A stretch of 64,000 bases of DNA from Candidatus Marinacidobacterales bacterium (GCA_965226495.1 OZ245365.1:3936001-4000000); one strand, 5' to 3'; shown: positions 51,151 through 60,459, numbered from the stretch's first letter. Notes: a model not told the origin generated them from the sequence alone. A program made the numbers and translations.

Positions 51151-51894
51151 CTACCTCTTTTCGCGCTCGAGCACGGAGACGGGCCTCGCAGTTTGGGGAG
51201 CTCGAACCGGAACACCTTCGGCGATCACGACCGGTGGCGCGAGGAGACCGAAGACACCCGAAACGAACGCCCCGATCAAATGCTCCTCGAGTGCCACGTT
51301 TTCCTTGACGAGAAAAGAGTACGAGAGTCCTTTTCGCATCAATCCGCCCGAGGCATGTTTTTCCGCAGGTGCGACGGCGTGAATCATTTCATGAGCCACG
51401 ACCCGGCCGAGTGCCCTGGAAAGACGCCTGAGCTCTCGGACATCGGGAAGTCGATTGGGACGCTCGGGAATCTTCACTGCCGCTACCAAGTTTCGATAGA
51501 AGACGTACAGGGAATGAGAACGACCACCTCCTGGGAGAAACGCGCCCATGACGTCTTCGTCCAAGCCCCAATCCGGACCGGATGGCTTGGATGGCATGAG
51601 GACGATTCGCAGGAGAATCGTGTTCTCGTCCAACGGAGGATCCTCGAGCTTTGCCTCCATCCACTCGATCTCGAGACCGACGGGGCCGAAAAGTGCTTCC
51701 ACTTCGCGAACCATACTGCGGAAGGTTCCGTTGGGAGCCAAACCATGAGCATCGTGCCAGACCATGAGCAGCCGGGGCCTACGGGTAAGTCGATCCTCGA
51801 TGCGGCCATTCGCTCCTACCGTCTCGGCGATTCCAAGGTAGAGCGTCCCGATCAAGACGACGAGTGCAACCACTCCTCTCTTTCCGTGAACCAT
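51151..51894 (-). CDS. Exported hypothetical protein with HEXXH motif
   Basis: Signal peptide; ALGRVVAHEMIH...H...GLM. Confidence 0.75.
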   Translation of the reverse strand: MVHGKRGVVALVVLIGTLYLGIAETVGANGRIEDRLTRRPRLLMVWHDAHGLAPNGTFRSMVREVEALFGPVGLEIEWMEAKLEDPPLDENTILLRIVLMPSKPSGPDWGLDEDVMGAFLPGGGRSHSLYVFYRNLVAAVKIPERPNRLPDVRELRRLSRALGRVVAHEMIHAVAPAEKHASGGLMRKGLSYSFLVKENVALEEHLIGAFVSGVFGLLAPPVVIAEGVPVRAPQTARPVSVLEREKR

Positions 51895-52240
51895 TCCTTA
51901 CCCCCAATTGGTTCTCCCTCACGCGATCTTTCATAGCTATACGTTCAGCAACGAAGAATGGATGCGCTAGATTTCTCTGCTTTGGGTAAGGTTTTTCTCA
52001 GGCCTTGTTCTTAGGTCCGCTGTAGCATCGGAAGAAGAATTTCCTATCTTGATCAAAAATCAGAAAGTTGAAGCTCGAGGACCGCATCAATTCTCGCTTC
52101 GGGTTGCTCGACGCGCTTTTGCGGTTTGGTTTCTGTGCGAAACATCAGTTTATTGATTCCTAAAAGATTTTTGTTGAGTTTTCAGTCCAACTTCACTCTT
52201 GCCGGGACGTTCCTACTTTGACACTATTGGGAAACCGGAC

Positions 52241-53161
52241 ATGGCCGACAACGAACATCTCGATCTCGTTAAGCAGGGCGTCGCCGCCTGGAACGACTGG
52301 AGGAGAAGCAATCCCGATGTCGTCCCCGACCTGAGCGAAGCCAACTTGGTAAAGGCCGACCTTCGAGGCTCGGATCTGCGTCAAGTGAACCTCGAACGAG
52401 CGAACCTCACGCGAGCGGTCATGGAGGACGCAAATCTTCAAGGAGCGAAACTAGGGGCGGCGCGGCTTCTTGAAGCCAAGCTATCGCGGGCCAACTTGAG
52501 CGAGGCGGATCTCAGTCGAGCGGAGCTAATCGGCGCCAAGCTGATCGGCGCCAACCTGGTGAACGCGAATCTGCATCTCGCACAGGCGGCGGTGACGAAT
52601 CTAAAGGAAGCAAACTTGCGAAACGCAGACCTGAGCGAGGCCGATCTACGCGAGTCGGTCCTCCTCGCCGCCGACTTGAGAGGCGCCAACCTGCGGAAAA
52701 GCCTGCTCCTCGGTGCGCATCTTGAAGGAGCGAATCTGAAAGAGGCGCGTGGCCTCGAGCCGGCTCAGCTCGAAGGTGTCCACACCGACGAGAGCACCCA
52801 ACTGCCGGGGCCGAACGTCGGGCAACCCAACCAAGAAGAGATCGTAAGCGACGTTTATCGTTTTCTTCTGAGTCTCAAGAAGACGACCTCCGGCAAGAAC
52901 GCGGTTGAGGAACGATTCGTATTCGAGCTGCACGGAGCCCTGAAACGCCTCGAGGAGTTGGGGCGCGACGTCTCGGGTCTCGAGATTCCGGAGGGCGCCT
53001 TGTCACAAGGAATCGCTTCGTTTGATTACACCGCCGGTGGCGCCTTCGAAACCGATCCCTCCCGCCGAGTAGATGGCCCGCTTTTCCAAGAGAAACTCGA
53101 CCAGGTGCTCGGACTCTTCGAAACGGGTGGGGACGCGGACTCGGTTACTCTCAGGAAATGA
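52241..53161 (+). CDS. Pentapeptide repeat protein with unknown C-terminal domain
   Basis: GVAAWNDWR then about 30 A(D/N)Lxx repeats. Confidence 0.9.
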   Translation: MADNEHLDLVKQGVAAWNDWRRSNPDVVPDLSEANLVKADLRGSDLRQVNLERANLTRAVMEDANLQGAKLGAARLLEAKLSRANLSEADLSRAELIGAKLIGANLVNANLHLAQAAVTNLKEANLRNADLSEADLRESVLLAADLRGANLRKSLLLGAHLEGANLKEARGLEPAQLEGVHTDESTQLPGPNVGQPNQEEIVSDVYRFLLSLKKTTSGKNAVEERFVFELHGALKRLEELGRDVSGLEIPEGALSQGIASFDYTAGGAFETDPSRRVDGPLFQEKLDQVLGLFETGGDADSVTLRK

Positions 53162-53955
53162 ACCGCAGAAACACGAACGGCTCGCTTCGACGATGGGTAG
53201 AACCTAGCGAGATCCGCGCCGTCTTACTCGACGCGGGCAATACGCTGGTCTTCTTGGATTACGATGCCATCGCCGACGCAATCGAAGGTGGCGGGTTCTC
53301 GATCGACGGGGCGGCACTCGAAGTATCCGAGTATCGGGCGCGCCGGCGGGTGGACCAGAAGTACCTCCAGGGTGGTTTCAACGACGCCGACATGTGGCAG
53401 TGCTACTTCGATTGGCTAATGGAGGAAGCGGGTGTGCCATCCGGACCGCGCCCGGAGATCTTGGAGCGGCTTCGCCGACGCCACGCGGAATCCAACCTCT
53501 GGAGTCGCACCAAACCCGAAGTGCGCGAGGCGATGGCGAGGCTTGCGGACAGCGGTCGAATCGTCGCGGTCATCTCGAACTCCGACGGGTCCTGTCGGGA
53601 GTTGTTGCGTCGGCTGGATCTTCTTTCTTTTTGTCACGCGGTGTACGATTCGGCTGAGCTGGGGGTCGAAAAACCCGATGAACGTATCTTCGAGATCGCG
53701 CTGCGAGACCTCACGTTTGAACCGACTCAGGCTTTATACATGGGAGACTTAGAATCCGTCGACGTTCTCGGAGCGCGACGCGCAGGCATCCTGCCGGTGC
53801 TCGCGGATCCGCACCCCAGGGGAAACGAGGTGGACTTCCCCGTGCTCCACGGAGTTAGCGAGCTACCGGACGCCCTGGGAGTGGAGCCCTCAGCCCGCGC
53901 GCAGTTGCTCGCCAACGAAGCGCGACCGCCTGGGGGTGGGGCCCCAGGCGACTAA
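53158..53955 (+). CDS. HAD-IA family hydrolase
   Basis: DAGNTL, ISN.DG, EKPDERIF, MGD...DV.GA. Confidence 0.9.
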   Translation: MNRRNTNGSLRRWVEPSEIRAVLLDAGNTLVFLDYDAIADAIEGGGFSIDGAALEVSEYRARRRVDQKYLQGGFNDADMWQCYFDWLMEEAGVPSGPRPEILERLRRRHAESNLWSRTKPEVREAMARLADSGRIVAVISNSDGSCRELLRRLDLLSFCHAVYDSAELGVEKPDERIFEIALRDLTFEPTQALYMGDLESVDVLGARRAGILPVLADPHPRGNEVDFPVLHGVSELPDALGVEPSARAQLLANEARPPGGGAPGD

Positions 53956-54185
53956 ACGATGCTGGACCCCACAGCGATAGACAGCCTTGAGCCCATGCGC
54001 AGTCGCGAAGTCGACGGAGCATGAGGTGTTGGGGGTGGGGCCCCAACACCACTAACGGGCCGCAGGCCCGTCGGCCGCGAGGAATTGCGAAAGTAAATTA
54101 CAGTGCGCAAGGGAATGCGGCCGGCTCTCAGGCGCGAGCGAGGAGCGAGCGCCAGGTGTTGGGGGTGGGGCCCCAACACCACTAA
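53927..54185. repeat. Cluster of three GGGGGTGGGGCCCC hairpin (REP-like) repeats
   Basis: Copies at 53927-53955, 54024-54055 and 54154-54185; the last two are identical over 32 bp. Confidence 0.85.
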
Positions 54186-54199
54186 TGAAAGGAGCCTTC

Positions 54200-54790
54200 A
54201 TGCCACGAATCAAATGGATCACCGACGAGGAAGCCACCGGCGAGGCGGCCGAGGCCATCGAGGAGACCCGTCGCCGTTTCGGTGGACACCTCGGAGACGA
54301 GACCCGTTGCTTCAGCCTTCGTCCCGACTTGATGAAATTGACCACCGACCTGTTCGTCCAAGGGCATTTTCGCCCCGGTTTTCTGAACCGGCGACAGAAG
54401 GAGATGATTGCCACTTACGTGTCGGCGGTAAACCACTGTCAGTACTGACGGGACTCCCACGCACACTTCCTGCGGGCTCAGGGAGCAGATGAGAAAGTCG
54501 CCGCGGCCATCCAGAAAGGTGACCTCACGGCGGTTCGAGAATCGGGTCTCGATCCGAAAGAGGTCGCACTCGTCGAGTTGATCGACACCGTCACTCGTCA
54601 CGCGCACCAGGTCACCGATGACCAGGTGCAAGGCCTCCGCGATCACGGATGGAGTGACGAGCAAATCTTCGAGGGAGTGTGGGTAGCGGCGGCCTTCGCC
54701 TATATGACGCGCGTGGTCGACGCCTTCGGGATCAATTGGAAGCCCGAGATGCTCAACTCGAGCGCGATGGGGCCGAAACGCACGGACTGA
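54200..54790 (+). CDS. AhpD/carboxymuconolactone decarboxylase family peroxidase, predicted selenoprotein (CxxU)
   Basis: KEMIATYVSAVNHCQY-TGA-RDSH; frame stays open to 54790; RBS AAGGAG; hairpin after TGA. Confidence 0.8.
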
Positions 54791-54798
54791 TATCAGTA

Positions 54799-54888
54799 AT
54801 GCAAGAGGATTGGGGCGGCGGTGCCTACGCCGAGGTGCTCGACGACGGCGACATCGCTGTGGGTGACGAGGTCGGCTGGACGGAGTAA
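54799..54888 (+). pseudogene. C-terminal remnant of a MOSC-domain protein
   Basis: WGGGAYAEVLDDGDIAVGDEV. Confidence 0.55.
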
Positions 54889-54900
54889 GCAAGTTCCAGC

Positions 54901-55371
54901 TTACTCATGAATCTGCTCCGCCAGGTATTTTTCCTTGCCGATCTCCTCGACGATGTGAAGCTGGCCCTCTAGCCAATCGACCGCTTCCTCTTCTCCCTTC
55001 AAGATCCCTTCAAGAATCTCTCGGGTACCGTTATCGGCCTTGTCGCGGCAAAGCGCAATCCCCCTGTTCAAGCGATCCACGGCGGCCTTTTCTAGAGCCA
55101 GATCGGCTCTATGCTGTTCGACGGGGTCCTCTCCCAGACTAATCGGGCCGAGACGCTGCATATTGGGCACACCGTCAAAGTAGAGGATCCGATCGATGAT
55201 GGCGTCGGCGTCTCTCATCTCTTCCATCGATTCTTCGCGTTTCTTCTTGGCCAACTTCTGGTATCCCCAGTTCTCGCACATCTTGGCGTGTGCGAAGTAC
55301 TGGTTGATCGCCGTGAGCTCTGCGGTCAGGACCTCGTTTAAAGCCTCGAGAACCTCTGGATCCCCCTGCAT
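54901..55371 (-). CDS. bfr: Bacterioferritin
   Basis: MQGD..V...LN..LT.ELTAINQYF.H, ESMEEM, DNGTRE, WLEGQL. Confidence 0.95.
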   Translation of the reverse strand: MQGDPEVLEALNEVLTAELTAINQYFAHAKMCENWGYQKLAKKKREESMEEMRDADAIIDRILYFDGVPNMQRLGPISLGEDPVEQHRADLALEKAAVDRLNRGIALCRDKADNGTREILEGILKGEEEAVDWLEGQLHIVEEIGKEKYLAEQIHE

Positions 55372-55525
55372 GTGCCTTCCTCCTCAGCTTTCTTCCCGCG
55401 CGCGGTGAGCTCGTGCGCGCATAGAGTCGCTATACTAGTCTCTACCCTGGGCGTAGAGCAAGAGAGCCTTCAGCGCGAGCGAAGCGAGTCGCGGAGCGAG
55501 AGCCGGAGCCGTCAGCCCAACGGTA

Positions 55526-55590
55526 GCTCGTGGGGGTGGGGTCCCCGCGAGCGTTGATGCAGTGATGTCGGTGGGGCCCCGCGGCCGTGA
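55526..55590. repeat. GGGGGTGGGG(T/G)CCCC REP-like hairpins between bfd and bfr
   Basis: gctcgtgggggtggggtccccgcgagc and ggtggggcccc. Confidence 0.7.
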
Positions 55591-55608
55591 TGAAAATTCA
55601 GAGGCGGG

Positions 55609-55812
55609 CTAGCTCGCGTTGGCTAGTTTTCTCTGCGGTCGGCTTTCGATCTGTCGTTCCGACTCGAGTATCGAAACGAGATTCTCCTGGCACCCTCCAC
55701 AACAGGCACCCGCGGAGCAGCCTAGAGCTATTTCGTAGAGACTCGAGGCTCCCTCGCGCACCAAGTTCCTGACGGTGTGGTCGGTCACTCCCCGGCAGAC
55801 GCAGACGATCAC
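55609..55812 (-). CDS. bfd: Bacterioferritin-associated ferredoxin
   Basis: MIVCVCRGVTD...GACCGGC; upstream of bfr. Confidence 0.88.
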   Translation of the reverse strand: MIVCVCRGVTDHTVRNLVREGASSLYEIALGCSAGACCGGCQENLVSILESERQIESRPQRKLANAS

Positions 55813-55863
55813 GAGCGTCGCGCCTCGGTCAATCTCCATGTCATGGGATAATTGTAGATCCAC

Positions 55864-55884
55864 TGAAAGTGAAATTCAAGTTCA
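55864..55884. promoter_or_regulatory. Fur-box-like dyad upstream of bfd
   Basis: TGAAAGTGAAATTCAAGTTCA, 16/21 self-complementary, hexamer pattern like tGATAATGATAATCATTATCa. Confidence 0.55.
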
Positions 55885-55952
55885 TTTTTATTTCAACACG
55901 AAAAATTTCGTAAGTCATTGATTATGTGAGACTTTTGATCTGGCCGTCGAGG

Positions 55953-56831
55953 CTAGGGGAGCCGTAAAGCGTCCAATTTCACTTGAAGGTGCTCGGCCGG
56001 GGAAAGGTCGTAGTTGAACCCGCTCAATGCCCCCTGCCAACCTCCATACTCGGGATTGGGTAGGACGAACCACTTGCTCCCCCAGTACTCGTCGTACTCT
56101 GCGACTACCGCGTCCCGCTCGGCGAGAGACCTTCTCGTACCGGAGACGAAATCGTTCAAGTCATCTCCGAATAGCAGTAAGACCCGGTAACGAGTAGCGA
56201 TATCCGTGCGCCGTGACGACTTGTCGGAGATGTCCCACTCTTCTTTCTCACCCCGGGTGTAAAGCGTGTCCTCGTCCACTTTCAGGGGAAAACCAAACTT
56301 CTCCAGGTTGTTTCGGGTCGCCTCCTCGACTTCGTGCCGGCGATTCGTGAGGTACATCACCGTCACCCCTCGTTGGGCGGCGTATTTCGTGAACTCGAGA
56401 GCGCCGGGGATAGGGGGAGCCTTCTCTTTACGACACCATTCCTGCCAGTGAGGCCTTCGGAACTTGATGTTGTCGATGATGAGTTGCGCCTGGAAGTCCG
56501 AGTTGTCCAGGACCGTCTCGTCAACGTCTAGGACGATGGCCGGGGGAAGCTCGGAGGCTCCCTCTCCCTGCTCGAGTGACGCGGTCCAGTCAGGATCTTC
56601 GAGCGCAGCGTCCAGCATCGGCTTGGCCTGCCGGTAGATCTGCGTCGACAAGGCTCGCCGCTCGGCAGCTGTCTGGGTCCAGAGAACGCTGTTGAGAAGG
56701 TCCCAAGAGTATGGCGCCTGGGATTCATTCCGAGGAGGTCGTACGGACAAGAAGTGACTCGCCAGAAAGAGTGCTACCCCGAGTATCAGGACGATGACCA
56801 GTGACCCCGTTGATGTTGTCGAATTCCTCAT
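55953..56831 (-). CDS. Class C acid phosphatase / 5'-nucleotidase e(P4) family
   Basis: DVDETVLDNS, YLTNR, K..RR, GDDLNDF, LPNP.YG.W. Confidence 0.9.
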   Translation of the reverse strand: MRNSTTSTGSLVIVLILGVALFLASHFLSVRPPRNESQAPYSWDLLNSVLWTQTAAERRALSTQIYRQAKPMLDAALEDPDWTASLEQGEGASELPPAIVLDVDETVLDNSDFQAQLIIDNIKFRRPHWQEWCRKEKAPPIPGALEFTKYAAQRGVTVMYLTNRRHEVEEATRNNLEKFGFPLKVDEDTLYTRGEKEEWDISDKSSRRTDIATRYRVLLLFGDDLNDFVSGTRRSLAERDAVVAEYDEYWGSKWFVLPNPEYGGWQGALSGFNYDLSPAEHLQVKLDALRLP

Positions 56832-57027
56832 ATTCCTACCTCGGCTCCTCGTAGGTTTTGGGCATTCAATATAAAAGTAAACATATCATAATATAAGTCT
56901 TTTTAATAGAACAGTTTACTGTTATAACTGTTGATTAACTGTTGTTTGTCTGTTATCATACCAGGTCAGGATAACATGAGGACCCGATCATGACGTTTCG
57001 AGCACCAAAGGAAGGGGAAGGCGAGTA

Positions 57028-58047
57028 TTGAGGCCCAGGCGTGCCCGCGGGACCGGTGGGCTGTTCCAACGTGGCCGCATTTGGTGGATCAGCTACTCGA
57101 TCGCCGGTAAGCAACATCAGGAATCTTCCCGATCTACGGTCAAGAAGGAAGCTAAGCGGCTCGTCCGCGATCGTCTCTGGGCTGTTGATCAAGGGAAGCT
57201 CGCGGGCGGGAAGCCGATCACGATCGCGCAACTTGAACCGATGATCGAGAACGACCGAGAAATGAACAACAAGATCAACCCTAAGCGGTTTGCTCCTGCC
57301 TTCAAACATGTGAAGCGCCTCCTAGGAGCCAAGACGAAGGCTAGAGATATTTCCCAGTCATCAATCGAGATGTATAAGAGCGTCCGCCTCGCGAAGGACG
57401 CCGCGAGGGCTACGATCAACGCGGAGTTAGCTTGGCTCCGTCGCGGCTTGAAACTCGCACACCGACACGGGCGGATCGCTACTGTTCCCGAGATCGTTCT
57501 GTTGTCGGGTACCATAACTCGAACAGGTTTTTTCACCGATGAGCAATTCGCGGAGGTACTCCGGAAGTTGCCGGCGAAGTACCGCGATCCCGTCGAGTTC
57601 CTCTTTCTAACCGGCTGGCGGCGAGGTGAAGCCCTCGCGCTCGAATGGCGCAACGTGGATCGGAAGGCAAAAGTTATCAGGATCGAGGAAACGAAAACTC
57701 GGGAACCCCGAACGATTCCCTATGGTACGTTCCCGGAGCTTGTCGATGTTGTCGAGCGCCGCTGGCAGGCAAGGCCGAGGGGGGCCATCGATCCGAAGGT
57801 TTTCGGATCGATCAAAGGGGATCCCCTCTTAGACGCTTTCAAAAAAGCGAGCCGTGAAGCTGGGTTTCCTGGGTGGATGATCCACGACTTGCGGCGGTCA
57901 GCGGCTCGGAGAATGTTACGAGCGGGTATCCCTCAGCCGGTCATTATGAAGATCTGCGGCTGGAAATCTGACGCTGTGTTCCGCCGCTACGCGATCGTTG
58001 ACGAGGCTTTGATCGCTGAGGGTTTAGCGAAGCTCAGCAAGTCTTGA
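57028..58047 (+). CDS. Tyrosine recombinase/integrase
   Basis: TGWRRGE (R), TKT (K), HDLRR, CGWK, FRRY (Y). Confidence 0.93.
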   Translation: MRPRRARGTGGLFQRGRIWWISYSIAGKQHQESSRSTVKKEAKRLVRDRLWAVDQGKLAGGKPITIAQLEPMIENDREMNNKINPKRFAPAFKHVKRLLGAKTKARDISQSSIEMYKSVRLAKDAARATINAELAWLRRGLKLAHRHGRIATVPEIVLLSGTITRTGFFTDEQFAEVLRKLPAKYRDPVEFLFLTGWRRGEALALEWRNVDRKAKVIRIEETKTREPRTIPYGTFPELVDVVERRWQARPRGAIDPKVFGSIKGDPLLDAFKKASREAGFPGWMIHDLRRSAARRMLRAGIPQPVIMKICGWKSDAVFRRYAIVDEALIAEGLAKLSKS

Positions 58048-58108
58048 AAACTGGACTTCGGAGATCAAGCGGATCATCGAGGAGGAGCCGGCTAGGTCGT
58101 AGCGCTTC

Positions 58109-59782
58109 CTATTCAGGACTTGCTTGGTTGATCTTTTTGAAACGTAGATATGAAGGGGCATCCGATGATCGAAACAGGATGAAGCGAAGTTCAGGACCAT
58201 CCGGCGAGACGAAACCCAACCCGCTCCCTTTCTTGACCCATTCCTCGATCGTCTTCCCTTGCACAAAGTCCCATTTCGGTTCCAACTTCATGATGTCCAC
58301 CCTGACACCGCGGTTTTGTATCTCTCCTTCGAACTTCTCGACGTTGTCGGCACTGAGCGCGGAGACGAGCTTGCCGGTAAACTTCCACGTTGCAGTCATT
58401 CGACTACCAGACACGGTTACAGTGAGATGCCTTTTCTCATTGACTTTCCAATCTCCCGCAAATTGTGAGCCGCCCGCAGAAGCAACGAAATACGCCTGAG
58501 CAAACTCTGAGTTGAATCGTCGCTGTTCCCGTGCGCTCTCAAGAAACCCTTGCTCCTGACTCTTCTCGTCCTCTTGCTTCTTCGAAAGTGCCGCCAGGGC
58601 GCTACCCACGTTGGGATGAACGTCTTCCTTTGACATCGCCTTACTGAGGATGGCAGAAGCGTGGCCTAGAAAGCCGGCGTTCATATACTTGTAGGCCAAA
58701 TTCGCCATTGCCAGGGTCTCACCCAACTCAGCCGCCTTGTCATAGCTAGACACTGACAGGATATGCATATCCTGTTCTTGATACTGTACGCCAAGGTTGT
58801 TTAAGGATATAGCCGCATCGGGAGAAAAGTCGAGGAGTGTCTTGTAGTGCAACAAAGCCAGTCTACCTTGCTTTGCCTCGCCGAAGGAGTAGGCGGCGCT
58901 GAAGAGAATCCCTTTGTCATTGGGTTTTTGCTCCAGGGCTTTCTCCAGAGCCAGTGCCCTCAGTTCATGGTCACCATTCATCTGAAATAATTCCGCCAAT
59001 CCTTCGTACAGCTCACTCGACTCGTCCTTGGATAATTCATTCATAAGCAAGGAAAATGCCCTTTCCTTTTTTCCAGCTCGAAAAAGGGCCTTCGATGCAC
59101 TTGTGAGTCCTAAAATACGCCCTTTCTGGTCCGTAGCATGCTGAGCAGAAGTTTCGTATGCCTCGGCCGCTCTACTATAGTCACCCGAGAAGCTATAACA
59201 GGACCCCACTAGACTGTAGGCGTTCGACTTCGGGTTGTCGGCCGCCAACTTCTCAAGTTGGGCAAGAGACTCGGTATCCTGCTTGTGCTTGAAACGCAGA
59301 AAGAGATAGAAAGCCTCATCATTGATTCTCTCTTTGGTCTCGCGGTCCGAGTCCTTCATCCGCGCATATGCTTGCTCCGCCTTCTCGAAGTCCCGCGCTT
59401 CGAATGCAATGAACATGTTAAAAAGTAAGCGTGAAGGCTCATCCTCGGTAGTGGGCTTGGTGGTGGTAGGTGTGGGCTCCTCGGGTGGTGGGGGCGGCTC
59501 TCGCTCCTGTTCGGGACTCGCCGGAGGCTCCTCCGGTACGTCGCTCGGTGGCGGGCCTAACTCCACCTCATGTTCGCCGTGCTTGTACCGGAACTTCCGA
59601 CGAAGTAATTCTTTAAGTAGTGCTCGAATCTCCACCCGAAAATATATGAGGGCGCAACCAACGACGATTGTGAGTACAAGAAGCCAGAGTGAGCCAATCG
59701 CCTCAATGATCTCTTTGCCGCTCGCAGTGTCAGCGGTCGCGTCCTGGCTGAAAAGGAGCACGGCAATAGAGGGAAACATCAC
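58109..59782 (-). CDS. Membrane-anchored TPR protein (prophage cargo)
   Basis: N-terminal TM; Pro/Glu-rich linker; TPR motifs (SLNNLGVQY, AMANLAY). Confidence 0.75.
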   Translation of the reverse strand: MMFPSIAVLLFSQDATADTASGKEIIEAIGSLWLLVLTIVVGCALIYFRVEIRALLKELLRRKFRYKHGEHEVELGPPPSDVPEEPPASPEQEREPPPPPEEPTPTTTKPTTEDEPSRLLFNMFIAFEARDFEKAEQAYARMKDSDRETKERINDEAFYLFLRFKHKQDTESLAQLEKLAADNPKSNAYSLVGSCYSFSGDYSRAAEAYETSAQHATDQKGRILGLTSASKALFRAGKKERAFSLLMNELSKDESSELYEGLAELFQMNGDHELRALALEKALEQKPNDKGILFSAAYSFGEAKQGRLALLHYKTLLDFSPDAAISLNNLGVQYQEQDMHILSVSSYDKAAELGETLAMANLAYKYMNAGFLGHASAILSKAMSKEDVHPNVGSALAALSKKQEDEKSQEQGFLESAREQRRFNSEFAQAYFVASAGGSQFAGDWKVNEKRHLTVTVSGSRMTATWKFTGKLVSALSADNVEKFEGEIQNRGVRVDIMKLEPKWDFVQGKTIEEWVKKGSGLGFVSPDGPELRFILFRSSDAPSYLRFKKINQASPE

Positions 59783-60117
59783 TGCTCTTTTGGAAGGGCG
59801 GAAAGGGTCTCCGCGTCGCAGAGCGTCCTTGGTTTTGCCTTTCCCATCGTAAAGAGAAGTCCTTCGTTGCTTTGAAATGTAAAAGCTACCACGGAAAGCA
59901 GGAAAAGCGGGTCTGCCGGTGGCGGGCGAGCCCTCACTTGGCCCCCCCGCCCTGCCCGGCTTTGCAGCGTAAGACGCCCTCGGGAACTAGCCTTCGCGGA
60001 CCTTCAGGCTGTCCGGGCAGCTCCACGGCTAGGCATTCTCTAGATAGAGACGAAATTTCCACTGCTGAACCTCCCCTATAGCCGGATCGTGGCCTCGCGG
60101 CTCCCCGGCTTAACTCA

Positions 60118-60441
60118 CTAGGATGAGGACGCTACGTCCCGGCTCAAACTACAGCCAGAAAGGCATCTAAAAGCCACTTGCTGTTCCAAGAGAACACCGT
60201 GAGCACCGCTGATCGGAGTGATCGAGAACACGCCAACCGATGTAAACGTGTAACGAGGGTTCGTCGGAGTAACAAGAGCGTTAACGGGTAATACCCCCAA
60301 GCGAAATTTTGTTTCGCTTGACCACTTGCTCCAGAAATCCGCATCGATCCCCGTTGCTGTTCCGACAAAATCTTGCCGAAGCGTTGCGGTGATCGGAGAC
60401 GAAATCAGACCAGGAAAAAACGTCTCGATGTTATCCGCTGT
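60118..60441 (-). pseudogene. 5'-truncated phage tail-tube-like gene
   Basis: Start-less open frame ETFFPGL...LRQDF...GIDA...VTPTNPRYT...TPISGAHG...LSRDV resembles siphovirus tail tube proteins. Confidence 0.55.
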
Positions 60442-60459
60442 TAGCGAGTTCGGCTTTCG

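Noticed and set aside
53927-54185. CRISPR array
   Set aside because: Only two identical 32-bp units with a 98-bp spacer, no cas genes, and the motif is dispersed like a REP
56872-56903. dif (XerCD) site
   Set aside because: Only one arm partly matches TTATGTTAAAT; the XerC arm is poor, and the element has its own integrase
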